Shown: piece after piece, positions 1-11,865 of the stretch
Layout of the letters: each line of letters begins with the position of its first letter
Position numbering within the stretch: position 1 is the stretch's first letter
Assembly: GCA_027604505.1 (NCBI GenBank)
Contig: JADIIX010000023.1
Location: 1-64,000, forward strand
Length of the DNA: 64,000 nt
Origin: Gonapodya sp. JEL0774
Taxonomy: Eukaryota
Direction of reading: 5' to 3'
The notes under the pieces: generated by a model
Told to the model about the DNA's origin: nothing
The model's database searches: none
The model's input: only the letters and a program-made list of their open reading frames with translations
Translations under genes and position numbers: made by a program

Positions 1-2299
1 CCCCCCCACCACCCCCCCCCCACCCAAACCCACCACCAATGCCACGGGCGTCCTAATCTCGTCGGGCAAGATGATCTTCCCGGCCTCGGAGCGGCGGAAC
101 TGGCCCACCATGAGGTCGAGGTCGAGGTCGCCAGAGTCGTCCTGGGGGGGCGGACAGAGAGGGAAGGGAAAGGGAAAAGAGGGTTCAGCCACATTGGGAC
201 CGTGGAGTGGCAGTGGCGCAGAGACAGTTGCCTTGGGCACCAGGCACACCTCCCACGCACAGAGCGACGGGGAGAGCAACGCAGCCCACACAAATACAAA
301 CCCCTACCTCGCGCCACCCTCACCAACGCCCAGGACACGCACACACACACCCCGCGTGCCCCCAAACCCCCTCTCGCTCCTGTCTCTCCCCCTTCTGCCA
401 AACCCACAACCCCCAACCCACCATCTCCATCGCATCGACTCCCATCTGCGCGACTCGTTCGTACCGTTCGTATTCCGCGCACATGCCCTCACACTCGCCG
501 ACCATGGCCACGGCCTGGTCCAGGGACCGGGGGAGGGAGGGGTCGGCCATGAGGTTGGAGGACACGTAGTAGGCAAGGAGGGAGGGGCGGGAGGATTTCA
601 GCTGCAGGAAGGGGGAGGGAGAGGGAGGTAGGGGAGACGGTACGAAAGGGTGAGCAGTGATCGAGAGACAGACTATCAGGGACCTCACGGACACCACGGA
701 CAACACCACACACCACCACCCCGCCACCACCTCACAGGCCCACAGGCTCGCTGGCCTCGCGCGGGTGGGTTGCGCTTGGGTTCGCGCATGTGGGGTGCGC
801 TTGCGCGCAGGGCGCCACTCGACCTGTCTGTCCCCTATTCTACCTACCTCGACGTACCGCCTGTTGGCATCCTGGAATATGGATTCGGACTTTGCGGAGC
901 GGCGGGTCGAGGATCTGGGGGTGGTGGTGGGGGATGGATAGGCAAGTCAGGTGGGACCGGGAAAGAAAGGCGGGGAAGGGGAAGGACAGAGGGGAGAGGT
1001 GACAGGAAGAGGGGGGTCGACGAGATGAGACGAGGGCGGGCACAGGTGTGGGCGAAAGGGACGGACGCGGACCGCCGTGCTCGAGCCTTGTACTCCACGT
1101 GCCCTCACTTAGAGTCCACTCCACCCACCCACCACCCCGGGTGACCTCACGCCCGTTCCACCACGCGCACACTCAGCACAGGCAGTACAGGCAGCACACG
1201 CACCACACCGATCACACCCAGCACAACCAGCACACACAGCACACCCCACACACCCAACACACACATCACACACATCACACCAATCCAGACCCATCCAGAC
1301 CCATCCCACCATTGCCACCAATCACACTCACTGCAAAAACCCGCTGAGCCCGCTCGTGGCAGGAGCAGGAGGAGGCTGCGAAGGTGGGGCGACGAGGCGC
1401 GCAGAGGGAGCAGGGGTGGGTGGGCCCCACGAGGGAGTTGATGTGGATGTGGCTGTGGATATGGAGGTCGATGTGGAGTTCGAAGTCGAGGGTTTGGGGA
1501 GGCCGAGGTTGAACCGAGCTGCGCGGGCGGCGAGGGTTGCGGCTGTGGTCGGAGGTGCGGTTGAGGAGATGGAAGGTGGTGGTCGTGAAGGAGGTTGTGA
1601 GGGAGTGGCGGCGGAGTTTGCGGGCGGTGCGGGCGGTTTGGACGAGCGTCTGGGGTTGGAAGAGGACGCGGACGGCGAAGAGGACGTCGCGTGTGCGAGT
1701 GCGAGTGAGAGAGTGGAGGAGGAGGAAGAGTGGGACGACCGGAGAATGTCTGATCCGGGATCGATTGCGGGTGTTGGAGCGAAGTAGTCGTCGTCTGTGG
1801 CGGACGATGGGGCGGGAGAGGCGGGGAGGGGTGGAGCGGTGAGTGCAGGAGCCGCGTCTGAGTGTGTGTCGTCGCTGTCTATGTCGTTTGCGTCTGCGTC
1901 TGCGTCTACGGTGGCGGTCTGTGGCTGTTGAGCACGTCGCCAGGACATGGAGCCGGATGGAGCGCGGGAGGCGGAGGAAGGGCTTGAGCCGCGGAGAGCG
2001 GGTCTCCCTCTGGCAGGGGCAGCCTCAGTGCCACGGAAGAAGCGGGGGTTGGCCGCAGCACCGCGGGATGGAGCGGAGGAGGGGAGAAGTGCGGGGCGGG
2101 TGCGGCCGCGGGAAGAGGGTGCTGAGGAGGGGACAGAGGGTTGAGCGGCAGAATGGTTGAGGAGAGATCTGTTGTGGGATGAGGGGCGATGGGGGCGGGA
2201 AGGGAAGGAGGAGGGAGGGACGGAAGGGTGCGGGTTGGGTGGAGGGCGGGGTGGCTGGGACGGGATGGAGGCGAAGGCCGAGTTCGCAGGTGTGGACAT
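1..2299 (-). CDS. SAC3: SAC3/GANP family mRNA-export factor, 5' part (gene continues beyond window start)
   Basis: Exon 1 (2299-~1332) is P/S-rich. Later exons give LMADPSLPRSLDQAVAMVGECEGMCAEYERYERVAQMG (~430-602) and MVGQFRRSEAGKIILPDEIRTPVAL (~36-142), matching the Sac3 GxCxxMCxxxER and KxFxRxxAxxxxxxPxxxRxP motifs. GT..AG introns link them. Confidence 0.85.
1174..1280. repeat. Imperfect 9-bp CA-rich minisatellite in SAC3 intron 1
   Basis: cagcacagg cagtacagg cagcacacg caccacacc gatcacacc cagcacaac cagcacaca ..., about 12 units. Confidence 0.8.
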
Positions 2300-2302
2300 A
2301 GG

Positions 2303-2340
2303 AAGGGATGCAGGGATGCAGGGATTCAGGGATGCAGGGA
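2303..2340. repeat. (CAGGGATG)-like 8-bp tandem repeat immediately upstream of the SAC3 ATG
   Basis: aagggatg cagggatg cagggatt cagggatg caggga. Confidence 0.7.
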
Positions 2341-2854
2341 GTGTGGGGTGTGTTGGGTGTGTTGGGTGTCTCCCCCGTGTCCCCGTGTCCCCGTCCCCGC
2401 GTCACAGCCAACAGCACAGGTGGGAGACAGAAAACAGACTCTGTTCTCCACTAATCGATGCTGACTCAAATGGAAATTTCTATGATGATCGATCGCTCGC
2501 CTCTCTCGCCTCTTCCTCTTCTCGCGGTTGGTGTCTGAATTGCTTCCACTCACCCGCACCCCGACCACAGTTGCCGTGCACACTCCATCTCCTCCCTTCA
2601 AACTCCCTCTTGGTGCGAAAAAATAATCTTTCCTCTCATTCTCATAGAATTGATTCAGCGTCAATAATTTTACCTCTCGTTTCCGCATGAATTGTTGTTG
2701 GCTGTCCAGATTTAACCTCCGTCCAAAGATTATCCCGCCGCATGGTGGTACATTCATGTCCCCAAGCTTTTCACATTACGTCCAGAAACGGGCACGGGGT
2801 ACCCTTGGGGTGGTCGCTGGGGTACTACTGACGCATCGCGATCAGTTCGTGTTG

Positions 2855-4360
2855 TGACGTCTGACCAGTCGCAACCCGACGCCTGCAGACGCCAAATCAT
2901 TTTCACATCCATCTACAGCGGCGATGGCTCTGCAAGTAGCGGAAACACACAGTACAACAGGCTAAAAACAAACTCATCGGCTCACATTTACACTTTGTGA
3001 TCAGCCGTGGGACTTTCACCCAAGAACAAGGATCTGAGCGGAATCAGAAAACGCTCAGAGATCGCATGCGACACCATCAGTACATGCTCTAGTATATCGA
3101 TAGTTCGACTGTAAAGTTTGGTTCCCCTCGGTTGCCATGTGCGGTCACTGCAGACCTCCTTCGACGAGTGGAAAGAGGTCTGCCGGAAGAACGGTTTTAA
3201 CCATACGACGCACACGAAAACCTCCACCACGCTCTTGAACGAGAGACAAATCGGCAATTTTGAGCCGATCCGATTGTCGAAAGATATTTCGTATTGAGTC
3301 TAGAAGCCGAAATTGGTCGCCCTATGTTCTCGCGCGGGCTGATTTTGATTTTGTTTGGTTGTCACCATATTGAAATCACCTGTGATCTGCTCTTTGCACT
3401 CCTTTGATGGGGCCATCGCCCACAGGGTCGCATCAAATGACATGAAATTGTACCCAATCTCATGGAAATCGACAGTATTTGGTGACATAGTAGTCCGGAC
3501 GAGCTCCGACGCCGTGGTGATGTGTAATGAGCACACGCCAAATCATTTTCAGTTCCATCCACAACGGAGATGGCTCTGCGAACAGTGAAATCCTACAGAA
3601 AATTACGTTTGGAACAAACTCATCGGCTCACATTTGCGGTTTCGTCATCGGAGGCGTGACTTTTACCGAACAGCAATGTTTTCGGCGGAATCACAAAGCG
3701 CTCCTAGAGAGTACACGCTACCCTCAGTACATGCTCTAGTATGCTGATAGCTTGATTGTGAAGTTTGGCTGCCCTCGGATGGAATTTACGGTCGCTGCAG
3801 ACCTCCTTCGACTGGCAGAAAGAGGTCTGCCGGAAAAGCGGTTTAACCATACGACGAGCAGGAAACCTCCACCACCCGCGCGAACGAGAGCCAAATCGGG
3901 ACTTTCGAGCCGATTAGATTATTGAGAAAGATTTCATCTTGAGCCTAGAAGCCGAGATTGGTCGCCCTAGGTCCTCGCGCGAGCTAATTTTGATTTTGTG
4001 TGCAATCACCAATTGGAGGTCCGTCGGGAACCGCTATTTGCACTCTTTCGATGGGGCCACCGGCTCCCGGCTCGCATCGAATGACATGTAGTTTTAATCA
4101 AACTTACGCAATTCCAACGTATTTGGTCAGGAAGTTGTCTGGACGCTGTCCCGACGTGACGACGCCAAATCATTTTGAGCTCCATCAACAACGGCGATGG
4201 TTCTGCGAGTAGCGAAATCCCACAGTAAAACGTGCTAAAAACAAACTGATCGGCTCATATTTGCATTTTTCGGATGGAGTTACGGACTCTCTTCCAAGCT
4301 CGGCAATGTTCTCAGCGCACCAAGAAAACGCTCAGAGATCGTACATGGCGCCCTCAGTAG
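2855..4360. repeat. ~630-650-bp tandem repeat array, locus 1 (about 2.3 units)
   Basis: Anchor ACGCCAAATCATTTT recurs at 2889, 3535 and 4162. The units align along their length and are homologous to 37160-38950. Confidence 0.95.
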
Positions 4361-4655
4361 TCAGTAGTCAGTAAGCAGTGCACCAGCATACCAGTGTAAG
4401 TGTCCTGGGAACGTAAGTCGCCTCTGCCACCAAGTGCGGGCGCTGCGGAGCTCGCTTGAGAGATCGGGGTTCATTCTTCCTAGCCGGCCTTACGGCTCGC
4501 CATTGTTGTATATCGTAGACAGTCAAGGTATAGAGTGAAAAGATGATTCGATGGAATTACAACGCTACCTGTGTCCGGTGGTTTTGTTATTGCTGTTTGG
4601 CGGCCAGTCTTCGCATTCCCCCACTTCTCCACATACCAACCATCAACCCCCCGCC

Positions 4656-6970
4656 ATGTCCACCGACCTCCTCACGCACCTCAAAAACCTCGCCCTGCAC
4701 TCCTCTGACGATCCAAACGGTGACGGCGGTGACGGTGACAACCTCGACGCTGCCACGCTCGCCTCCCTCCAGCAGCTCCAACAGGAACTCGCCGGGTTTT
4801 CCGACGAGCAGGTCGAGGCCATGCTCAGGGGTACAGACCTGGCGGGCCTGCTGGGCGGGCTGGGGAAGGGGGGGTCAGGAATGGGCAAGGACAGGACCAC
4901 GCCGGAAAAGTACGAGATCGTACCCAAACCAGCTTTTGTCGTCAAAACGCATCTGGCGGAAAAGACTGAGGAGTACCCAGCTGACCTTAAGGTGAGATGC
5001 TGCTGCTGCGGCGAGGTTGAGAACGGCACCAGGGGTTGCCGCGGAGCGATGGTGGGGCGTGCGGAGCGATGGTGGGGCGTGCGGACAGTGGGCTCCACGA
5101 CAGGTTTGAGGCTCTAATAGACCCAAGTCGCTGTACTCCACGTGTGGGACGTCAAAAAAAGAACCTTGAGCATTTGGGTGGGACAGCCCTACCTCCGCGG
5201 TTCACACAGTCCACCGTCCGGCGGGTCCCGGTAGGTCAGTCTACCCTCGTCCGTCCCCGCCGCGCACTGGGAGCGCGGTGAAGTCTCCGCCGTCACGACT
5301 CCGACTCTGGTCCCCGTCACTCGCCTCCACCTCGGACGAGAAAGACCCGCTCGTCCACGTCTTCATCCGGGACACCCTCCCCGTCCACAGTCTCTCATGT
5401 GGCGCGTGAGAGACGACTTTGGTGGACAATCAATTCTTGGATGTGCTCTTCTCGAACCGCGGAGCCGTTGTGTCGAAACCCCTGCGGGCGGACCCGCACC
5501 CCAAACCCCTCCACGCACCACCCGCTCACCCTGCCCTCTCCGGCCCCCCAGCTCTTCATCAACCTCTGCCACCACGCCTCCCTCCCGGCCCCCACCCCCC
5601 TCTCCGACGACGAGTTCGAAACCGCCCTGGCACAGGAGGACACGGACAAACTGAAAGTGGCCATGAGCTTGAACGAGGCGAGGGGTGAGGTGGATAAAGG
5701 TGAGCGCGTGGGAATGTTGGGGGGGGGCGGGGCGGGGGGGAGGCGAGTGGGAGGAGGGAGGTACGGTGAAGTGCGTGGGTGGTGTGGGGAGGGCGGTGGG
5801 TGCCCAGCCGGTGAGACTAATCGCAGCGTGCGCGAAACGCAATCGTAGTGTTGCGCGGTCGTGTCGTCATACGCTCCCACTCCCGGGCTCCCCTTTGTGG
5901 AACGCTGCATTCACCCCGTTCTCCTTCACCTTCTCCCTTCACACGTGCGGCCCCCACCACCCGCCACGCCCGCCACGCCAATTCGGCATCATCCCCCTTA
6001 CCGCCGCTCCCCACCCCTTCCCACCATCCTCCCCCCTGCCAAGCCTCCCGCCCCTGCCTCGTCCTCGACGCCTGCGTGCACACCTCGCACATCGCCTCGT
6101 GCGAGCGGAACCCAGACTATCGCCACTTTTTGATTGAGTGTGTGTTGGGAATGGTGGAGACGAGGAACAAGTGGAAGGTGGCACGGGGTGAGTCGGACCT
6201 TGATGGACCCGCAGCCGTCACCCAACAGCCCCCCCTGCGTGTGTATGTGCGTGTGCCCGTGGGTGACCGTCAGCCGTGTGGTGGGACGTTGTGGCGTTCT
6301 TGGCGTGGGGCTGTGCAATCGCTCCGCGGCTCTGTGATGGCGTGTAGAAATCCATTCCACTTTCCGCCCCCCTTTCCTCACGCCCACCCACACCCACCCA
6401 CCACCCAGACTACTCTCTCCCCAAACTACGTTCCAAAGGCCCTCTCCGCCCCCACTTCATCGCCCGCGCCCCCCGACCCGTCATCGAAGAAACCCTACTG
6501 GACACCACCAAGTCCCACCCTGCCGCGTCCAAGCCCAAGGTCCCGACCACGGCGACACCTATACAGGCAAAGGTCAGACAACCTACGTATCGCATCGTGT
6601 GCGAGCCGCCAGAGGGAAGACCTGAGTATATGGTGGTGGAGATCGACTTGCCGGGCGTGGTGCGTAGGGTGGAACGTGGGCGGGGTGGTGGGGTCGTGTG
6701 CTGCCACTGACCACCTGGACGATACAACGTGTTACCTCGACCCCCTCCCCCGGCTTCACTTTCCAGCCCTCCACTTCCACCACCTCCACCACCCTCGACC
6801 TCACCCCGACCCACCTCGCCCTCGACGTTCCGGGACTTTATTCCTTGCTCGCGCCCTTGCCCTGGCCCGCCGACACCGAGGACTCGGACGAAGCGGGCGG
6901 GGCAGAGTTCGATAGGGGTCGGGGCGTGTGTACGGTGACGGTGAGGGTGCTGGGGGTTGATGAGGTGTAG
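4656..6970 (+). CDS. PIH1: PIH1-domain protein (R2TP subunit Pih1/PIH1D1-like)
   Basis: Spliced product: EIVPKPAFVVKT...K|LFINLCHHASLPAP...KVAMSLNEARGEVDK|...PCLVLDACVH...FLIECVLGMVE...|YSLPKLRSKG...MVVEIDLPGV|...LDLTPTHLALDVPGLYSL...AEFDRGRGVCTVTVRVL. This is a PIH1 N-domain plus CS-like C-domain. Confidence 0.85.
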
Positions 6971-7452
6971 GGTTGGGGTGGAAGGTGAAAGGTGAAAGGG
7001 TGGATGGTGAAATGGGGGAGTGGGGATGAGTCGCACGAGGATACCCGGAAACCACACACGTGATCGAGTGCAAGGTTGGCAGTGGAACCCGTTCTTAACG
7101 GAAACGACGGGTGGTGTAAAATTTGTAAATCTAGTGGGTTATAGCCACCATATTCGTGAGGGCTTGGAATTGGTAGTTCCAGCCATGTCTTTCATACATT
7201 CATCTAGTAATCTGTGGCATGCGTTTCACTACAACGTGGGGTATGACAAGCAATTCGCATCCTCCAACTCGCTAGTTGCGACCAACAATTACTTCTTGTT
7301 CTTCTCAAGCACTTTCATTTGAGCCACGCGTGAGTGACCGAGCCAGTATTAATTTTTGATGTCACATTCCGGATGGAAACGACGTCACTTCTTGGCCTCG
7401 GGTCTTCGCATTTCCCATTGCGATCCCTCTTCCAGTCGTTGTTCGGCGCGCC

Positions 7453-10116
7453 ATGCGAATAATGACTTGGAATGTTAACAGTTGAGTATCTCCAACTCCC
7501 CTTTCGTTTCTTTGAAGGATGGGTCTCTCAATGTACCCGGCGATCACAACTTTGACGGATCTGCCCACCATGTTCGGTACACCCAAACGTGTTTCACACC
7601 CTGATGATGCATCATTTCTCGTTGAAGGCTTTCGCACCATGCGCGGCTACGCTCCGTGGAACGAGTGCCGATCCTACAAAGAGCTCCTCGACAGTCTGGG
7701 AGCCGACATCTTCTGCTTCCAAGAGATGAAAGTAACCTGGTGAGTAGATGGGGCGGTTCGAGAGGGGATAAGGTCGGAACCTTGCAGGAAGACTTTGTTT
7801 CTGAAGATGGGAGTGGGACTTTCAGGACAGAATTGATTGGGGGAACCTTGGGGCTGGAATGATAGATATTCGTCGTTTCTTTCAACTCCAGGGAAAAACT
7901 TGACTCCGACATCGCTCTTATACCTGGATACGACGCCTTTTTTTCCGTTTCGCGTGGCAAGAGCGGTTACTCCGGTGTTGTGAGCCCCTCCACGTTTGCA
8001 TCTCAGAGCTCATCGCCGACCCTAATTGCATCGACATCATACCAAATATAAAGGCAACATACGTCTGCACTGACCGCATTCCTACGCCTCTTGATGCCGA
8101 AGAAGGGTTCACAGGGCTCCTGGCCCGCCCTGGCACATTATCGAGAATTGGTTGCTACGGTGACCTTGAGTTGGAATTTGACAGGGACGAGTTGGTGCAC
8201 CTAGATTCGGAAGGGCGGTGTTTGATTACGGATCATGGGTTGTTTGTGGTAGGCCCCAGGCGTGCGCTCTGTTTCGAAATGTTGCGTCGAAGAAGTTGAA
8301 GGTTCATGTTTCTCTATACACAGCTCTTCAACGTCTACTTTCCAAGCGACCCAAGCGACAACGATTCCGGACGTGAAGAATTCAAGATAAAATTTCATCG
8401 AGGTATTGAGGTACGACACAAACTTGCTGTTCACAAGATGGATTCGCACTCCGATCTTAATACGCGCCGTGTCCACACAAAAGCTCCGTGCTCGTGCACT
8501 AATCGACGCCGGCCGCCAAGTAATTGTGCTCGGTGATGTTAACATCACTTACATGGTCAGTCAAAATGGGATTGCAGCTCATTGAACCAGAACGTTGGCA
8601 TGATTCGTTGCAACTCCTCCTGTTAGCCTATTGACCACTACAACCCCATGTGCTCTTATTTCCAAGGCCCTATCGAGGAAGACTCGTACCGTTTCTGGCT
8701 ACACAATTTTCTCACACCTCGCGGACCAGTAGTCGATCTGTTCCGGCACTTTCACCCCGACGCCCAGGGTGCTTACACTTGCTGGAACACCAAGAAAGAT
8801 GGGCGAAGCGGGAATTTCGGTGGGCAATGCTGATAAGCGTTATTTTGGTTATACCTGGATTGCGACCGTGGCCACACATCACTACACAGGCACTCGAATC
8901 GACTACATTCTCCCCACGCGTCAGCTTCTTCCTTGGTTCGAGGAATGCACAATCGAAGCTAATATTCGTGGCTCGGATCACTGTCCTGTCGTCGCCACGC
9001 TCCGATCTTCTATCCAGAGTGGTACTGACCACGTTTTGCTAAATGACTTACTTTCTCCACCTCTGCGTGATTCTGAGGGCAACCTTGTAACCCGGGAACC
9101 TTCAAAACTCTGCTCGCGCTTTTTCGATAAATTCTCGTCCAAGCAGCAGACACTCAAATCGTTTCTCGTGCAAAAAAGCTCGCAAACACCGATGGATACT
9201 GAGGTCAAGGCGACTGACTCTGACGCTTCCGCTGCCAATGTGACTGCATCAGGTGGAGCCAAAACAAGTGCAAATGTCAAAATCTCTCGTCCGCTCTCTG
9301 CTAGCGCACCTGGGCCTCCCCCAAAGAAGGCAAAAACAACCTTGGCTGGTCAGCAATCTCTCTTATCGTTCTTTCAGCCCCCGGTCCCAGCGCCAACTGT
9401 TCTTGTAAGCGCTGGTGCTGAAGTAGGCTTCAAGTCAACGAGTAGTGCTCCAGAACGGCTCGCAAACAAACCCTCACGAAAGAATGGAGCATCAGTGACA
9501 CGGACACTCTCGAAGGGGACCACTGCCCCATCCGCCTTTTCGCGACCTGCAAATCCTTCGCCAGCGCCGCCCGCACCGCCCTCGCCAAATCTGAAAGCGT
9601 CTTACGGTCAGTCCGTGGAAGAGGAACTTTCACCTGTTAATGGAACAGATCAACCTCGCCAAAGCCAAACATGTTGTCTGTCCCTGGAAACTGAGAGTAT
9701 CCCGGATGTTTCCGACGTCCTGGACGCAGCGACTGTGGGCGATGACGAGGAGCCTCCCGGTACGGCTGACTGGAATGGATCGAGAAGTTCCGGCTTGGCG
9801 CACCAGTCTGCTGCCTGGGGGGCGATATTTACCCGTCCCACACCACCCACGTGCCGTCACGGGGAGCCAGCAAAACTCTATACCGTGACCAAGAAGGGGG
9901 CGAACCAGGGTCGACAGTTCTGGATGTGCCCGAGGCCCGGACCAACAAATATGTCCAAGATAATCGGAGTCGACAAAACTGAACGGGATAACTTCAAGTG
10001 AGTTTGGCAGTTTTCTAATGTTATGTGCTGCTTGAAAACATAACTATCCGAAACAAAGGTGTGATTATTTTTCTTGGTACAGAGACAGTGCGAAGCGAAA
10101 GAATGCGAAGACATGA
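7453..10116 (+). CDS. APN2: AP endonuclease 2 (ExoIII family) with PIP boxes and C-terminal GRF zinc finger
   Basis: MRIMTWNVN, ADIFCFQEMK, GYSGVATY, LDSEGRCLITDHG, VIVLGDVN, YTCWNTK, TRIDYIL, GSDHCPV, CRHGEPAK...NQGRQFWMCPRP...CDYFSW. Confidence 0.97.
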
Positions 10117-10173
10117 ACCGTTTGACAATTTATTGAAAAATATAGCCCAAAGGTCTCATCTATGTGACGAGTA

Positions 10174-11775
10174 TCAAGTGCTCTTCAGCAACGCCTCGTT
10201 CGTCACCAATAACTCGTCGAGCTAACCACAATAAGCACAAACATTGAAATTAGATTAGCTAACACTCGGGGCAAGTTTTAATTGTATCAACGTACCTCCG
10301 GGCTCAACTCAGACAGAGTCTCGAACCCGTCTTTGTAGAATGCGAGCATGGAGGCTACTAGGTCAGCCACGTTTCTGAGAGGTTCGGGAGACGCCACAAC
10401 TGCCTTCATCTTGTCCATTGCGCTTTCCACTGCGGCAACAAATTCGTCTTCGGCTTTCTCCACCTCAGCTCGAGCCTTATCCATATCAAGGGTCTTTGAG
10501 ACACGTTACCAACATCAAATGACGACATCTCACTCACCGCTTCCTGTCGGGCCGGTGGGGCAGTGGCAGCCTGAGGGATATATGCGAGAAGTGTTCTCAC
10601 TCGATTCTATGACTGCGCCGGGCAGCTGAAGAGGACACCCACCCTTTGCTTGCATGCATCGTAATTCAAGCGAGCCGATTGAACTTGCTTGCGGGCTTTC
10701 TGTTCAAAGTGTTCAAACAATATTTGTTTGTCTAGGACCATGGCGATCAGCACGAGAAACTGCGACGCACCATCGCGAATTCAATAGTAGTTTTCAAAGT
10801 AGTGTTGAATGGCTTGTAGAATTTGTTAGTAATATCGGAATCCTTGGTTTCAAACAAAACATAGTGGGTGAACCAGACAAACAGTGAGTCAACCCGACAG
10901 GACCACACCACACCATTTTGAGCCTGGCCTCTCCAATCTTGTTTTGAGCCTTTGCAAACTTTAAAAGCGCAGCACCAGTCGGTTCTTCTGTCCCCAAAGT
11001 GTTTGCCACCTCCAGACTCGTCCTTGGGTTGTGTGTGATTTTGAGCCAAAGGCCACAGAACAGGGGAGGAAAATTGTTGACGAACCTGGCAAGAGCGTGG
11101 CTCTGAGTCTGCGGAAGCTCTCGTTCTCCTTGAGGCGGGGAAGCTGTAGGTGCTCCGGCACCAGCAGGGCGGAGCTGCTGGGCCCAGTCCGTGACTTTAC
11201 CTGCCAGCTCCGTGATAGTTTCCTGTATGGGTGCGTCTGCCACAGTGTCATGAGCTGCGGAGTTGAACCACGCAGAGTATGGATACACAAACCATAATCA
11301 TGAGTTGCGCGCGTAAATGGCTTCGTCGCTTTCAAGAATTGTTCGTGGAGGGTTTTAATCTTGTCAACACGCTGTTCGACGTTTCCCGAACCCAAAGACC
11401 CGCTGAGACTTGCAAACCTGGATAAATCATTTGAATGCACTTACTTCCTCCAGCTCCTTGTACCTGTGAGCGCGAATCGCGATCGATGAATCACAAATTC
11501 GGTAGGAAACGGCTTGCAGCAACACACTCACTCAGGAGGGAGCGGAGTGGGCTCTGCGTTACCCATCTTTTCGCTCGCATATTGGCGAGCTATTTAATTG
11601 AAAAACAGCGTGCTGATGAGTCGAAACCCTGGATGTGGTAACAGGTTGTCAATACCTCACCCTGGCTGATTGCGGATCCAATCGTGCTTCCCAGGGGAGT
11701 AACTTGTTCACCGATGTTAGTCGCCGCTGAGCGGATGGACGTAAGGAGACTAGTCGCGGTGGTCTGGACGCTCAT
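10174..11775 (-). CDS. GVP36: BAR-domain protein, Gvp36-like
   Basis: LPPEYKELE..RVDKIKTLH, LPQTQSHALAR, AALLKFAKAQNKIGEARLKM|DSDITNKFYKPFNTTL, KARKQVQSARLNYDACK, EKAEDEFVAAVESAMDKMKAVVASPEPLRNVADLV. Confidence 0.88.
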
Positions 11776-11865
11776 TTCCACGTTTTACTGAGAATTATGG
11801 ATATGCCCCGCTGCACATGAAAGCCTCACATGGAATCAACCGAATTTCATTGAACAATTATAAGA

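Noticed and set aside
71..2690. Many overlapping plus-strand ORFs of 100-190 aa
   Set aside because: Shadow ORFs of GC-rich SAC3 exons and introns; low complexity with no family motifs.
2889..4360. Repeat arrays as CRISPR, 5S rDNA or a coding repeat (ORFs 3527-3739 and 37835-38047)
   Set aside because: Units are ~650 bp with no repeat-spacer structure, there is no 5S or tRNA consensus, and indels and stops break all frames.
2824..4368. ACTACTGAC ... GTCAGTAGT as terminal inverted repeats of array 1
   Set aside because: Only 9 bp, the right copy is part of a (TCAGTAG)n stutter, there is no target-site duplication, and it is not seen at array 2.
5041..5080. 20-bp tandem duplication GCGGAGCGATGGTGGGGCGT x2 in PIH1 intron 1
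   Set aside because: Ordinary slippage duplication with no further structure.
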